33,742 bases of DNA from Bdellovibrionota bacterium (GCA_963169515.1 CAUJEF010000152.1:1-33742), one strand, 5' to 3'. Counted from the stretch's first letter, positions 16,803 through 27,154 are shown. Made by a program: numbers and translations. The notes: generated by a model from the sequence alone, not told the origin.

Positions 16803-17897
16803 ATGATTAAGCGTCCTGAAGCTTTGCAAATTCATATTGAGGACTGGACTAAAGACACAGGCCCTCTGCGGGTGTTTTTACTCGATCCCAGCATTACAGA
16901 AATCATGGTCAATAGCCCCACTGAAATTTTTGTAGAAAAAAATGGGGTGCTCATGGAAACGCAAGCCAAGTTTCCAGATGACGAGTCACTCTTAAAAGTG
17001 GTGCAAGCGCTTGTTATAACGTCAGGTCGAGAAGTTAACATTAAAAATCCATGCGTCGACACGAGTCTTCCAGATGGATCGCGCTTAAATTGCGTTATTC
17101 CGCCCGTTGCGGTCAACGGCGCCTCAATGACGATCCGAAAGTTTTCGCCACAGGCGATCACTTACAAACAGCTTCTAGCTACGAAAACGATTGATGACAA
17201 AATGTTGTATTTTATGAATCAGACTGTTCGCGCACAGCAAAACATGATTGTGTCCGGAGGAACTGGAAGTGGCAAGACAACGCTTTTGAATGTATTAAGC
17301 TCTTTCATCCCGACAAATGAAAGAATCATCACACTTGAAGATACTGCCGAACTTCAGCTTCAAGCAAAAAACATTGTACGCCTTGAATCCCGACAAGTTC
17401 GAATGGCCGGATCATCAGTCACAATTCAAGATCTTTTAAAAAATGCACTTCGGATGCGACCAAATCGCATTATCGTCGGCGAATGTCGTGGAGCCGAAGC
17501 GTGGGATATGCTTATGGCCATGAATACGGGTCATGCGGGAAGCATGACAACAATGCACGCCAATTCTTCTTTTGATGCCTTACGACGTCTTGAGGCCATG
17601 ATCATTCGCACGAATCCTGATGCGCCACTTTCAATGGTTCAGGAAGATATCGCAAGCTGTATCCATTTCGTATTTCAGGTAGAGCGATCTACGGACGGAA
17701 AACGACGAGTTATAGAAATCACCGAAGTCGATGGTCGCAACGAAAAGGGTTACATTCTAAATGATATATTTAAATGGGATGCTGCAAATGGATTTCATTC
17801 AACTGGAAATATCCCTCGTTTTGCACGAGAAAATTTAGATCCAAAAATAAAATTCCCACCCAATTTCTTTGATCCTGAATTCACTGTAACACTATAG
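16803..17897 (+). CDS. cpaF: CpaF/TadA-family pilus assembly ATPase
   Basis: ITEIMVN, LPDGSRLN, TIRKF, GGTGSGKTT, EDTAEL, LRMRPNRIIVGECRG.EA, MNTGH.GSM.T.HAN. Confidence 0.93.
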   Translation: MIKRPEALQIHIEDWTKDTGPLRVFLLDPSITEIMVNSPTEIFVEKNGVLMETQAKFPDDESLLKVVQALVITSGREVNIKNPCVDTSLPDGSRLNCVIPPVAVNGASMTIRKFSPQAITYKQLLATKTIDDKMLYFMNQTVRAQQNMIVSGGTGSGKTTLLNVLSSFIPTNERIITLEDTAELQLQAKNIVRLESRQVRMAGSSVTIQDLLKNALRMRPNRIIVGECRGAEAWDMLMAMNTGHAGSMTTMHANSSFDALRRLEAMIIRTNPDAPLSMVQEDIASCIHFVFQVERSTDGKRRVIEITEVDGRNEKGYILNDIFKWDAANGFHSTGNIPRFARENLDPKIKFPPNFFDPEFTVTL

Positions 17898-19764
17898 GTG
17901 GCATAGGGCAGTCCAAGAGGCTCGAAACCGTTCTGAGTAACTCATATTCATCAATGGTAATTTGATCATCTGCGCGCACAGAAATGCCAAGGGCATCGAT
18001 CACTTGTTGTTTAATTTTAGGGCTCGACTTTTTCAAATTTGAAATAGAATTTTCAAAGTTTTCCAATGAACAATCGGATCTCGGTCTTATTGTCGAACGC
18101 CCCAGCGGAACCATTGCACGATCAAAACTGAGCTGGGCCAAAGCCTCGTCTGTTGTGCCGTAATAGCTCACCGTCGAAACAACAATCTCAATATCCCTCC
18201 AAACGCTTTTTAGACTGAATGTCGGATGCGCTGTTTTTTGGGGGAAAAAATGTTGGTCTAGATAATGGCTTAACATTCTGGATATACAGAATTCGAACAG
18301 ATGGGTCTTTTTATCAGAGAGTATCAATCCGTATAGTACAGATTTAAACTTCTCGTACTGTTTTAATGACATATTTTTTAAAGCCGGGAATGACATTTTT
18401 ATCAATGTCAGACGTTCCGTTTTATTCACCTGAGCGACCTTTGCAATCGTCTTTACTGTTTCATCGTAGATAAATGGTTCTACATTTTTTTGTAGATAAT
18501 CAGAGCACGGCGATGGGTAGCTTTCAGCCGCAGCTTCGTAGATTAAAAAAGCAAAGACCAATGCCTGAGCCTGAACGGCATCCCTTGTCAGTAGAACTGT
18601 ATCTTCATTTATATTTTGAATCATTTGAGCCGACAACGCGAGGCTTACAGGGCTCAATTGCCCAACCATTTGTGATGGCTTTTTTTTCGCTGCGGCTGCC
18701 TTTTCAGGATAAATATCTCGAAGTGCTTTGGCGTGTTCTTTTGACAAAGTATAATCTATCGGCGTTGGTTCAACATACTGGCCGTTAAACTGCGGTTCGA
18801 TCGCTTGGATTCGCCTTGTTAACGGCGGATGCGTAGAAAATAAATTTAAGGCCGCAACAGAGTCAAAAAGCATGTGGCTTGCCTCGTCCGCATTGTGAGT
18901 AAATAAACTTCGTCCCTGATGACAGCCACCAATTTTTTTAAGGGCACCCGCTATTCCGCCTGGATTTCGTGTAAATTGAACAGCCGAAGCGTCGGCTAAA
19001 AATTCACGCTGCCTTGAGACCGCGCTTTTAATTAGGTTAGCAAAGAAAACACCGATATAGCCAATAACTAAAAATCCAAGGCCTAAAATTGCAATTTGCC
19101 CGCCGCCCCCTTTGCGTCCCCGTGATGACCGCCCCGTAGACCTCAGTATTCCCCGCCCAACTAGAGCAATAAATAAAATTCCGTTCAATAATCCCATTAA
19201 GCGAATATTGAGTTTCACATCACCGTTTACTATATGGGAAAATTCATGGGCAACGACCCCCTGAAGTTCATCACGATCCAAAAAGCCCAAGGTACCTTTG
19301 GTCACAGCAATTACAGAGTCTCCGGGGGTTAGCCCTGCTGCAAATGCATTGATCGTATTTTCATCATCAAGAACATAGACAGAGGGAACCGGGGTCCCCG
19401 ATGCGATTGCGACCTCTTCGACAATATTGAGAAGCTGCTTTTCTTCTGGATCAGAAGTACCTGGATCGACCTTTCTCCCCCCCATGTATTCGGCAATCCC
19501 TGCCCCGCCTCCATTGGCAAGCACTAGGATTTTGATCAGACTCGCAAGCCCAATTACCCCGCACAGACCTACCGCGACTTTATAAAAAATCTCTGGTCGC
19601 CACAGACTTTCGATGGTGAGAGCTAGCGGTTGCTCTTTTGAGTAGAAGGAAAACAAAATCAAAATATAAACGGCGGCTATGACACACGCGACGGCGAGAA
19701 CAAAAAGAAAAACCAAATATAAGGTCTTTGTTCTCGCACGATCCTGGTGTTCAAAAAAATTCAT
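17881..19764 (-). CDS. M48-family (HtpX-like) zinc metalloprotease with long C-terminal extension
   Basis: MNFFEHQ start, INAFAAG, VAHEFSH (HExxH), SRQREFLADA, STHPP. Paired with lemA. Confidence 0.93.
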   Translation of the reverse strand: MNFFEHQDRARTKTLYLVFLFVLAVACVIAAVYILILFSFYSKEQPLALTIESLWRPEIFYKVAVGLCGVIGLASLIKILVLANGGGAGIAEYMGGRKVDPGTSDPEEKQLLNIVEEVAIASGTPVPSVYVLDDENTINAFAAGLTPGDSVIAVTKGTLGFLDRDELQGVVAHEFSHIVNGDVKLNIRLMGLLNGILFIALVGRGILRSTGRSSRGRKGGGGQIAILGLGFLVIGYIGVFFANLIKSAVSRQREFLADASAVQFTRNPGGIAGALKKIGGCHQGRSLFTHNADEASHMLFDSVAALNLFSTHPPLTRRIQAIEPQFNGQYVEPTPIDYTLSKEHAKALRDIYPEKAAAAKKKPSQMVGQLSPVSLALSAQMIQNINEDTVLLTRDAVQAQALVFAFLIYEAAAESYPSPCSDYLQKNVEPFIYDETVKTIAKVAQVNKTERLTLIKMSFPALKNMSLKQYEKFKSVLYGLILSDKKTHLFEFCISRMLSHYLDQHFFPQKTAHPTFSLKSVWRDIEIVVSTVSYYGTTDEALAQLSFDRAMVPLGRSTIRPRSDCSLENFENSISNLKKSSPKIKQQVIDALGISVRADDQITIDEYELLRTVSSLLDCPMPPIVLQ

Positions 19765-19770
19765 TGGCGC

Positions 19771-20349
19771 CTAATTAAAACGAACTTGCGGAGCCTTTTT
19801 TTCTGCGACATTTTCAATCTCGTACATTGCTCCAGCTTGGAAATTAAACAGGTTTGCAATAAAAACATTGGGGAAAACTTCTCGCGCATTATTATAAGCC
19901 AAAACAGAATCATTGTAGGCCTGCCTTGAAAAGGCCACTTTGTTTTCAGTAGAGGTCAATTCTTCTTGAATTTGAAGCATATTTTGATTGGCTTTAAGGT
20001 CCGGATAATTTTCGGAAAGTGCGAACAAGCGACCCAAGACGCCGCCAACTTGCCCCTCAGCCTGTATCAAACTTTTCATAGCGTTGCTGTCTGTGGGATT
20101 CTGGGATGCCTTAACCCGTGCGCCTTCAGCGATATTTCGGGCTTGAATAACAGCTTCAAGGGTCGAGCGCTCATGGCTCATATAGCCCTTGGCAGTTTCG
20201 ACAAGATTTGGGATTAGGTCATAGCGCCGTTTTAGTTGTACATCGATTTGTGAAAATGCGTTTTTAAATCGGTTTCTGAGTTTAACCAAGTTGTTGTAAA
20301 TAGAAATTATAAAAATAGCTATGACAACGCCGGCAATTGCAAAAATCAT
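19771..20349 (-). CDS. lemA: LemA family protein
   Basis: YNNLV, IDVQLKRRYDLIPNLV, ENYPDLKANQN, ENKVAFSRQAYND, FPN. RBS GGAGGTGA. Confidence 0.96.
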   Translation of the reverse strand: MIFAIAGVVIAIFIISIYNNLVKLRNRFKNAFSQIDVQLKRRYDLIPNLVETAKGYMSHERSTLEAVIQARNIAEGARVKASQNPTDSNAMKSLIQAEGQVGGVLGRLFALSENYPDLKANQNMLQIQEELTSTENKVAFSRQAYNDSVLAYNNAREVFPNVFIANLFNFQAGAMYEIENVAEKKAPQVRFN

Positions 20350-20420
20350 TCGTCACCTCCGACGACCGTGTTAGAAGTTAATTATTGACCACACAGCGTA
20401 AATAGTAAAACATAAAATTC

Positions 20421-21221
20421 ATGAGAATTAGGCCGTGGCCCATAGTTATAATCGCCTTCGTCTGTATCCTCGCGCCGATATTTAACATTGTCTATAGCGC
20501 AAGCCTTGTTAACAAAGGATATGTTGATTACTTCCGTATAATTTTCGAATACCGACCACTCTGGGAAATTTGCATCTGGTTCTTGTTGCCAATTCTTGTT
20601 GGTATTTCAATTCTTGCCTTCAACAACTGGAGTTATTATCTGTTTTTGGGCTTTATGGCCGTGGTTCTTTTTTTCACTTATGACCAATGGCGAATGTTCC
20701 CTGAGAGATTTTCATTCAGTCTAATGTTACTTGCACAGTGCCTGAACCTTATTGCTATCGGGTACTTCCTTCACCCATCGGTACGGATGATTTATTTCAA
20801 ACCACAACTGCGATGGTGGCAGCAGAAACCACGCTTTATTTGCGATTTGGCGGCGGCATTTGCAGATCGAAACGGCCAACACGATTGCCGCATTAAAAAT
20901 GTTTCCGAAGGTGGTGTCCTGCTTAGCACGCAAAAAACAATTCAATCCGACGACATAATTACTGTTAAATTCAGTATCCCGGGTTGCGATGTGCAAGCCA
21001 TAGGCAAATCCGTGCACAAGGGGTTGGACGGATATGGAATTATGTTTCAAGAGATCAATTCGGATTTAAAAGCATTTAAACTTGCAATGAAGAGCCTTCC
21101 TGAAAAGGGGTTTAAGCCCCGAGTCGAGACCCTGCCCTGGACGTCGAGCTTGAAGGATTGGTTTTTTACCCTTGTTAAAACCGGTAAAGGGTTAATTCCG
21201 AAAACTGACAAAAAATCCTAG
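20421..21221 (+). CDS. Membrane protein with C-terminal PilZ domain
   Basis: About four TM helices, then RWWQQKPRF and NVSEGG (N/DxSxxG) PilZ motifs. Confidence 0.8.
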   Translation: MRIRPWPIVIIAFVCILAPIFNIVYSASLVNKGYVDYFRIIFEYRPLWEICIWFLLPILVGISILAFNNWSYYLFLGFMAVVLFFTYDQWRMFPERFSFSLMLLAQCLNLIAIGYFLHPSVRMIYFKPQLRWWQQKPRFICDLAAAFADRNGQHDCRIKNVSEGGVLLSTQKTIQSDDIITVKFSIPGCDVQAIGKSVHKGLDGYGIMFQEINSDLKAFKLAMKSLPEKGFKPRVETLPWTSSLKDWFFTLVKTGKGLIPKTDKKS

Positions 21222-21284
21222 TGCTAAAATCAAAAAGTTCGGGGATGATGACTGTTATTATCTATCACCATCGGAGATTTTTAT

Positions 21285-21539
21285 ATGAAATCGCAAGACG
21301 AATTGATGAAGGAATTGGAACAATTAAAAGCAGAAAACGAAAAGCTAAAAACCAAAGGCAAAGCCCCTCGTGGAGAAATCAGCTTTAAGGTGAGCGAAAA
21401 AGGAGCTGTTTCTGTTTATGGACTGGGCCGCTTTCCCGTTACTCTCTACAAAGAACAATGGGAAAAACTTCTAGGACGCACTGACGATCTTAAAGAATTC
21501 ATCAAAGAAAACGAAGGCGCCCTCAAAACAAAACACTAA
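21285..21539 (+). CDS. Small conserved hypothetical protein (N-terminal coiled coil)
   Basis: RBS GGAG. KVSEKGAVSVYGLGRFPVTLYKEQW looks like a conserved uncharacterised family. Confidence 0.8.
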   Translation: MKSQDELMKELEQLKAENEKLKTKGKAPRGEISFKVSEKGAVSVYGLGRFPVTLYKEQWEKLLGRTDDLKEFIKENEGALKTKH

Positions 21540-21568
21540 GGTACGCCGTACCCTTTCAGGAGACGGTG
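21537..21568 (+). repeat. REP-like hairpin, dispersed copy 1
   Basis: TAAGGTACGCCGTACCCTTTCAGGAGACGGTG matches the two RAYT-flanking copies. It lies between convergent genes. Confidence 0.85.
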
Positions 21569-21660
21569 CGAAAAATATCCGATATTCGGACACAATCCAT
21601 CGTTTTTTGGTGGGATATTTGACACGATAACGGCAGGAAAGCTCATCATAATTTTTAGCC

Positions 21661-23622
21661 TCAGCGATTTTTAATCAACTGATCAACAACACCTGGATCC
21701 GCAAGCGTTGTTATATCACCCAAGTTTTCAATCTCATTCGAAGCGATTTTTCGCAAAATCCTGCGCATGATTTTGCCCGATCGCGTTTTTGGTAGCCCAG
21801 GGGCCCAGTGAATAAATTCCGGAGCTGCGAACGCGCCAATTTCCTTTTTCACATGCGCAACCAGCACCTTTTTCAATTCGTCTGTTTGAGCTTGTCCCGC
21901 ACGAAGAGTGACATAGGCATAAATGCCCTGCCCTTTGATGTTGTGTTCAATCCCAACAACGGCAGCTTCCGCTACTGAAGTATGATTTACGAGCGAGCTT
22001 TCAATTTCTGCCGTCCCAATACGATGGCCCGATACATTGAGAACGTCATCTACCCGACCGGTAATCCAATAGTATCCGCCTTCATCGCGTTTGCATCCAT
22101 CACCCGTAAAATAATATCCTTTGTATTGGGTGAAATAGGTTTCCTCGAACCTCTTGTGATCACCGTATACGGTGCGCATTTGCCCAGGCCAGGTTTGTTT
22201 TAATGCAAGTACACCCTGGCATGGTCCTTCAATTTCAGTTCCTTTTTCCGGGTCAAGAATTACAGGTTCAACGCCAAAAAATGGAACTGTTGCCGAACCG
22301 GCTTTAAGATCGACCGCCCCCGGAAGCGGGGCAATTAAAATGCCTCCTGTTTCTGTCTGCCACCATGTATCCACAATAGGACAGCGACCATCACCAACCG
22401 TGCTGTAATACCATCGCCAAGCTTCAGGATTAATTGGTTCACCCACTGATCCCAAAAGTCTTAATGTTTTTCGCGAATATTTTTTAACAAAGGAATCGCC
22501 TTTAGCCATCAGCGCACGGAGTGCCGTTGGCGCAGTGTAAAACACGGTCACTTTATGTTTATCAATCACTTCCCAAAAGCGACCCGCATCCGGATACATG
22601 GGTATGCCTTCAAAAATGACTTGGGTTGCAGCATTCAATGTTGGCCCATACACAATGTAAGAATGTCCAGTGACCCAACCCACGTCTGCTGTACACCAAA
22701 AAATGTCAGATTCCTGATGATCAAATACATATTTAAATGTTGTTGCAACGTACACCATGTATCCGCCAACCGTGTGAAGTACGCCTTTAGGTTTTCCTGT
22801 GGAGCCAGAGGTGTACAGAATAAATAATGGATCTTCCGCATCCATCCACTCTGGCTCACAAGAGGCGCTTGCCGTTTCCACCAGTTCTTCCCAAATGACG
22901 TCGCGACCCGATTTCATATTTAAAGTTTTTGGATAAGCATTTTTTAGATTGTGTTGGACAATACAGGTTGTGACCGAAAATCCTTTTTTTGAGCATATAT
23001 CCATTGCTTCGTCGGAAATATCTTTGGTCGCAATCAATTTGTCGCCGCGGAAACAGCCGTCTGATGTGACCAAAATCCGGCACTGTGAATCTAAAATACG
23101 ATCCGCAAGAGAGTCGGCAGAAAACCCCCCGAAAACGACAGAGTGTACGGCACCGATGCGAGCACATGCCATAATCGCAACCACCGCTTCACAAATCATC
23201 GGCATATATATAGATACGCGATCCCCTTTTTTCACACCATTTGCCTTCAGTACGTTTGCGAACTTGCACACGTCTTGGTACAGCTCTTTGTATGTCAGTT
23301 TTCTGGTGTTTGCCGGGTCATTGCCCTCGAAAATTAAAGCAGTTTTTTCCCCGTGTTGCTCTAGGTGACGATCTAAGCAATTATAAGCGATATTTGTTTT
23401 TCCGCCCAAAAACCATTTGATATCTACTGGCCCCTTATTTAAATCGAAATTGAATTTACGAACCTTGGAAAAGGGTTGCTTCCAGTAAAATTGATTTGCG
23501 ATCTCCCCCCAAAAAATATCAGGATCGTTCAGAGATTTTTGATATTTTTCCTGGTACTCTTTAAAACTTGTTATGTGCGATTTTTTAGAAAACTCTTTTG
23601 TCGGTTTATAAAGAATTTCCAT
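21661..23622 (-). CDS. acs: Acetyl-CoA synthetase (acetate--CoA ligase)
   Basis: [44 protein letters not shown]. Likely start 23622 after AGGGGG. Confidence 0.97.
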   Translation of the reverse strand: MEILYKPTKEFSKKSHITSFKEYQEKYQKSLNDPDIFWGEIANQFYWKQPFSKVRKFNFDLNKGPVDIKWFLGGKTNIAYNCLDRHLEQHGEKTALIFEGNDPANTRKLTYKELYQDVCKFANVLKANGVKKGDRVSIYMPMICEAVVAIMACARIGAVHSVVFGGFSADSLADRILDSQCRILVTSDGCFRGDKLIATKDISDEAMDICSKKGFSVTTCIVQHNLKNAYPKTLNMKSGRDVIWEELVETASASCEPEWMDAEDPLFILYTSGSTGKPKGVLHTVGGYMVYVATTFKYVFDHQESDIFWCTADVGWVTGHSYIVYGPTLNAATQVIFEGIPMYPDAGRFWEVIDKHKVTVFYTAPTALRALMAKGDSFVKKYSRKTLRLLGSVGEPINPEAWRWYYSTVGDGRCPIVDTWWQTETGGILIAPLPGAVDLKAGSATVPFFGVEPVILDPEKGTEIEGPCQGVLALKQTWPGQMRTVYGDHKRFEETYFTQYKGYYFTGDGCKRDEGGYYWITGRVDDVLNVSGHRIGTAEIESSLVNHTSVAEAAVVGIEHNIKGQGIYAYVTLRAGQAQTDELKKVLVAHVKKEIGAFAAPEFIHWAPGLPKTRSGKIMRRILRKIASNEIENLGDITTLADPGVVDQLIKNR

Positions 23623-23788
23623 AACTTGCCCCCTAATTGTATGTCTAAGACGAATATCGAAAATGATATGCAATGTCCAATTTTCCTCATAACAAGGTGT
23701 ATTAAAGTCTAGTCGTGAATATTATAGTACTGAGCTTGAAAAACTAGAGCCGCTAAGCTTTTGAATATAAAATTTAAAAGGTGCAGCT

Positions 23789-24535
23789 ATGACATACATT
23801 TTGGCGTTATTTATTTTGATACCCTCTCTTTCAGGTTTCGCCGCTGAAGGCGGCAAGGTCATTGATGATCCTGTGAAAAAAGCCGACAATCGCTATCGTG
23901 ATCGTTGGACCCTGGCAGATTGGTTTGAAACCCAGCGGAAAGTTCGATTACAAGATCAGTGGCTTTCTGTTCGCATGACATCAAACCCCTATGAGTTTTA
24001 TCTGGGTGGGGATACTGCAGGTTTTGACCGATTGAACCGAACGACAGACCTAACAGACACATTCCGAGTCACACGCGGATATCTGGGTGCGTTTGCTTCG
24101 ATTGTGGGTCTTGAAGGGCAATATATATCCACCGACGAAAAATCCAAGGGCTGGAACGGCCTATTTCACTTGCGTGTTTTCGGAACCTCTGTTCAATCAT
24201 CAAACATTACGTTACAATATGGGTTAAAAAATCGCGACGAAACCATTGAAACAACAAGATATGAATATCAAATTCAGTTTGCAGGGATCGCAGTGGATCT
24301 CTATATTACACAATTTTTTGGCATCGGCGGACTTTATCGAAAATATTTTGAAAACTCAGATAAGCAAAATTTACGTGTCGGTGGCGAACGCGTTGAAGGC
24401 ACTGCCTTTATCGATTATAGCTTCCTACGAATCTACGGCAGGTATTTCAACGAACCTACATGGTACGATAATCTCGTGGTCCGAACAAAGTACGAATCAA
24501 TAGGATTTTTAGTTGGTGGAACATTATTCTTCTAA
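23789..24535 (+). CDS. Secreted hypothetical protein, probable outer-membrane beta-barrel
   Basis: Signal peptide, alternating aromatic/Gly beta-strand pattern and C-terminal Phe. Confidence 0.65.
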   Translation: MTYILALFILIPSLSGFAAEGGKVIDDPVKKADNRYRDRWTLADWFETQRKVRLQDQWLSVRMTSNPYEFYLGGDTAGFDRLNRTTDLTDTFRVTRGYLGAFASIVGLEGQYISTDEKSKGWNGLFHLRVFGTSVQSSNITLQYGLKNRDETIETTRYEYQIQFAGIAVDLYITQFFGIGGLYRKYFENSDKQNLRVGGERVEGTAFIDYSFLRIYGRYFNEPTWYDNLVVRTKYESIGFLVGGTLFF

Positions 24536-24543
24536 GGTGAAAC

Positions 24544-25134
24544 ATGCTTGAAACATTTTTAGTCGCATTTATCCCATTATTTTTTGCCCTCGACGCACCC
24601 GGAATTCTTCCCTCGTTTATTTCCCTCACCTCAGACCTTTCAACAATGCGAAGAAAGACCATTGTCAACCAAGCAACTCTGACAGGCTTGTTGATTAGTC
24701 TATTTTTCATCTATGGTGGTAAGCTTATTTTTAAGCAACTTGGAATTACAGTTTCAGATTTTAAAATTGCCGGAGGGCTACTTCTTTTAATTTTATCAAT
24801 CCAAGATCTTTTATTCAGCAGCAACGGCCGTCGAACCGCAGGGTCTGACGAGCATATTGGAATTGTTCCTGTTGGAACTCCATTGATTATTGGTCCAGCC
24901 GCACTGACAACTCTTCTTCTTTTGGTGGACAAGGTCGGATACACCATGACGATCATTTCATTAACCTTAAATCTTTTTATCGTCTGGGCTGTTTTCTTTT
25001 TCTCTGAACAAATCATTGCCATCATCAGAAAACCGGGTGCGATTGCTATTGGGAAAGTATTTCAGCTATTTTTGGCAGCTATCGCTGTAATGATGATTCG
25101 AAATGGCGTGACAGAACTTATGAAGGCAAGCTAA
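24544..25134 (+). CDS. marC: MarC family inner-membrane protein
   Basis: LFFALDAPG, FKIAGGLLL, IVPVGTPLIIGPA, LAAIAVMMI. Six hydrophobic segments. Confidence 0.92.
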   Translation: MLETFLVAFIPLFFALDAPGILPSFISLTSDLSTMRRKTIVNQATLTGLLISLFFIYGGKLIFKQLGITVSDFKIAGGLLLLILSIQDLLFSSNGRRTAGSDEHIGIVPVGTPLIIGPAALTTLLLLVDKVGYTMTIISLTLNLFIVWAVFFFSEQIIAIIRKPGAIAIGKVFQLFLAAIAVMMIRNGVTELMKAS

Positions 25135-26267
25135 GCAGCCAGTTTAAATCCACAAGCCGCACAAAATTTGTGTGCGGCTTGGACCTCGACTCCACACTCA
25201 GGACACGCTGTCGGAGCTTCGGCAGCTGCCTTTTCGGCCTCTTCACGCATATTGATAAAACCCTGCGCGTTCCATTTGTCTATTTCATGTATGATCTGCC
25301 AATAGGTGTAAACCTTCATGAACTCTCTTTTATCAAATTGCAAAATGACGCCCGCATCTCGGGCTTTTCGATTCATAAATAAGCCCTTTTTTTCAAGCAT
25401 ATCAAAATGCATCGGCTTCAATTCCATCTTGTATTTTGATTTCATTTCATTAGCGAATGTTTCGTAGGGCATCTCTGAACCGCCCTTACGGTCGATCTCA
25501 AGATCTTTCGTAATTTCATTGGTATATTTTAAAATTTTCATCGCAGTTTCATCGACTTTGAGAATTTCGCCCGCCCCGCCCTTGTAGTAATTGTATTGAT
25601 AAAAATCGGCAAATTCGCGGATAAATTCGACGTTTGGTATTTTTATATCAGACAAAACGTCTTCGTCTTCGATTTCGTCGTGTTTGTATACCATCTCTGC
25701 GTGTTTCAATTTTGTTAAAAGTTCTACGGCTTGTAGCAATCGTACTGGAGACTCTAAAAACATACGTGTTGCAAACATTTTCATCGCGTTCCACGATACG
25801 GTGATGACATTTGCTTTTTCATCTTTTATTCCGGACTGTGCGGCATAAAACGCAATAACGCTGAATACGCGTGTCACCTGTCTTTCAGAACATGGGATTG
25901 TATCACCGTCCATTTTCCCGTTAATCATGGTTTTCTGCATCTCTTGAATACGATCGGATAAGCCTTTTAAAAGCATTTTCATCACAGGGTGGCCACTATC
26001 AAGATGCGGTTTCAAAATTGAAACTGGAACTTCGAGAATGCTGGACTCTTGAGATGCCATTACGCAAAACCCAACCCGGCCGCCGGCATACATCGCTTTG
26101 TCACCGATCACATGACCTGCAGTAACAAGGCCCAAGTCCACACGCTTCCCGCCCCGTTCGATGAAAACCGTAAGACGTCCGGACTTCACAAGAAAGACCT
26201 TATCCAAAACGTCTTTTTCATCGAAAAGCTTCTCACCTTTTTTGAGCACTCGTGGTTCCACGTACAT
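25131..26267 (-). CDS. Cyclic-nucleotide-binding domain protein with C-terminal zinc ribbon
   Basis: KKGEKLFDE.D...FLVKSG, G.VIGD cNMP fold, and terminal CPECG...KFCAACG. Confidence 0.8.
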   Translation of the reverse strand: MYVEPRVLKKGEKLFDEKDVLDKVFLVKSGRLTVFIERGGKRVDLGLVTAGHVIGDKAMYAGGRVGFCVMASQESSILEVPVSILKPHLDSGHPVMKMLLKGLSDRIQEMQKTMINGKMDGDTIPCSERQVTRVFSVIAFYAAQSGIKDEKANVITVSWNAMKMFATRMFLESPVRLLQAVELLTKLKHAEMVYKHDEIEDEDVLSDIKIPNVEFIREFADFYQYNYYKGGAGEILKVDETAMKILKYTNEITKDLEIDRKGGSEMPYETFANEMKSKYKMELKPMHFDMLEKKGLFMNRKARDAGVILQFDKREFMKVYTYWQIIHEIDKWNAQGFINMREEAEKAAAEAPTACPECGVEVQAAHKFCAACGFKLAA

Positions 26268-26295
26268 CCTTAAAAATTAGCCGTTAGACAATACA

Positions 26296-26322
26296 AAATC
26301 GGAATTTCCCTCCCCAAACTTA
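26296..26322 (-). promoter_or_regulatory. Sigma28 (FliA)-like promoter for the cNMP-binding gene
   Basis: Minus strand TAAG-N15-TCCGATTT. Confidence 0.45.
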
Positions 26323-27030
26323 AAAGGTACGCCGTTCCCTTTCAGGAAACGGCGCAAAATTTGCCCTATTGACGAGTTCCCCTTCAACTTTAAAGTTTCC
26401 AATAATGTTTTTAATTTCAAGCCCCCGCCTTTTGTCGGGATTGACTATGCTAAATTTGCCCTTTTTCAGGCCATTGCGAATCGCATTTTGTTGTTCTTCT
26501 GAGTACCCCTCATTGAGCCATCTTATGGTTTCCTCTATGTCATCAAATAAAACTGTATCTTCTTCCATCGGAATATGAATTTTTCGAAACCCCAAGAGGC
26601 CGGATAACGTACTAAACTCATACTCTTCTACATTCTTCACCAACCCAACCGCTACAGGATTGCGATAGAGATATTTATATGCTGTCAGAAAATACAGGTA
26701 ACTGTTAAGTTCACTTTTAAAATAGGGACTGCCCCAAATTTGATTTATCCTTCCTGCGCTCTGGGCGAAATTTCGACTGCACTCGCGCATAAAATAATTC
26801 ATCGCCGAACTCATATTCCCTTTGGGAAATTGCATGATCGCATGAAAGTGGTTTTGCATAAGAACAAAACTATAAATCCTGACGCCAAAACCATGGTGGA
26901 TGAAATATAAGTAATCGCTCATAATTTCCCACACTTCAGCCATTGGAATTGAAAACCATTCCTTATTTATGCAACGACCACAGATATGATAAAAGCTTTC
27001 GCTATTAGGTATAATTCTCTTCCGAGGCAT
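26320..27030 (-). mobile_element. REP-associated tyrosine transposase (RAYT / TnpA-REP, Y1 HUH family)
   Basis: MPRK.R, YHI..R, FVLMQNHFH (HUH), YLYRNPV..GLV, YEFST. Flanked by inverted hairpin repeats. Confidence 0.9.
26321..26354 (+). repeat. REP-like hairpin copy 2 (overlaps the RAYT 3' end)
   Basis: TAAAAGGTACGCCGTTCCCTTTCAGGAAACGGCG, stem CGCCGTT-c-CCT/ttc/AGG-a-AACGGCG. Confidence 0.9.
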
Positions 27031-27120
27031 ACTAACAGATTATGCAAAGTGACCATTCCACCTCAGCACACATTAAATTAAGCCTGGTGAACGAAGAGCC
27101 CGGTATCCGGACGCCTGACT

Positions 27121-27154
27121 CGTCGCTTCTTGAAAGGGAACGGCGTACCTTTTA
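27121..27154 (-). repeat. REP-like hairpin copy 3 (upstream of RAYT, inverted relative to copy 2)
   Basis: Minus strand TAAAAGGTACGCCGTTCCCTTTCAAGAAGCGACG, 31/34 identical to copy 2. Confidence 0.9.

Noticed and set aside
21982..23712. Multiple short ORFs overlapping acs
   Set aside because: Antisense or off-frame shadows of a conserved gene, with no independent motifs.
21537..27154. Palindromic repeats as a CRISPR array or IS terminal inverted repeats
   Set aside because: There is no regular spacing and no cas gene. The enclosed enzyme is a Y1 HUH RAYT rather than a DDE transposase, and a third free copy exists.
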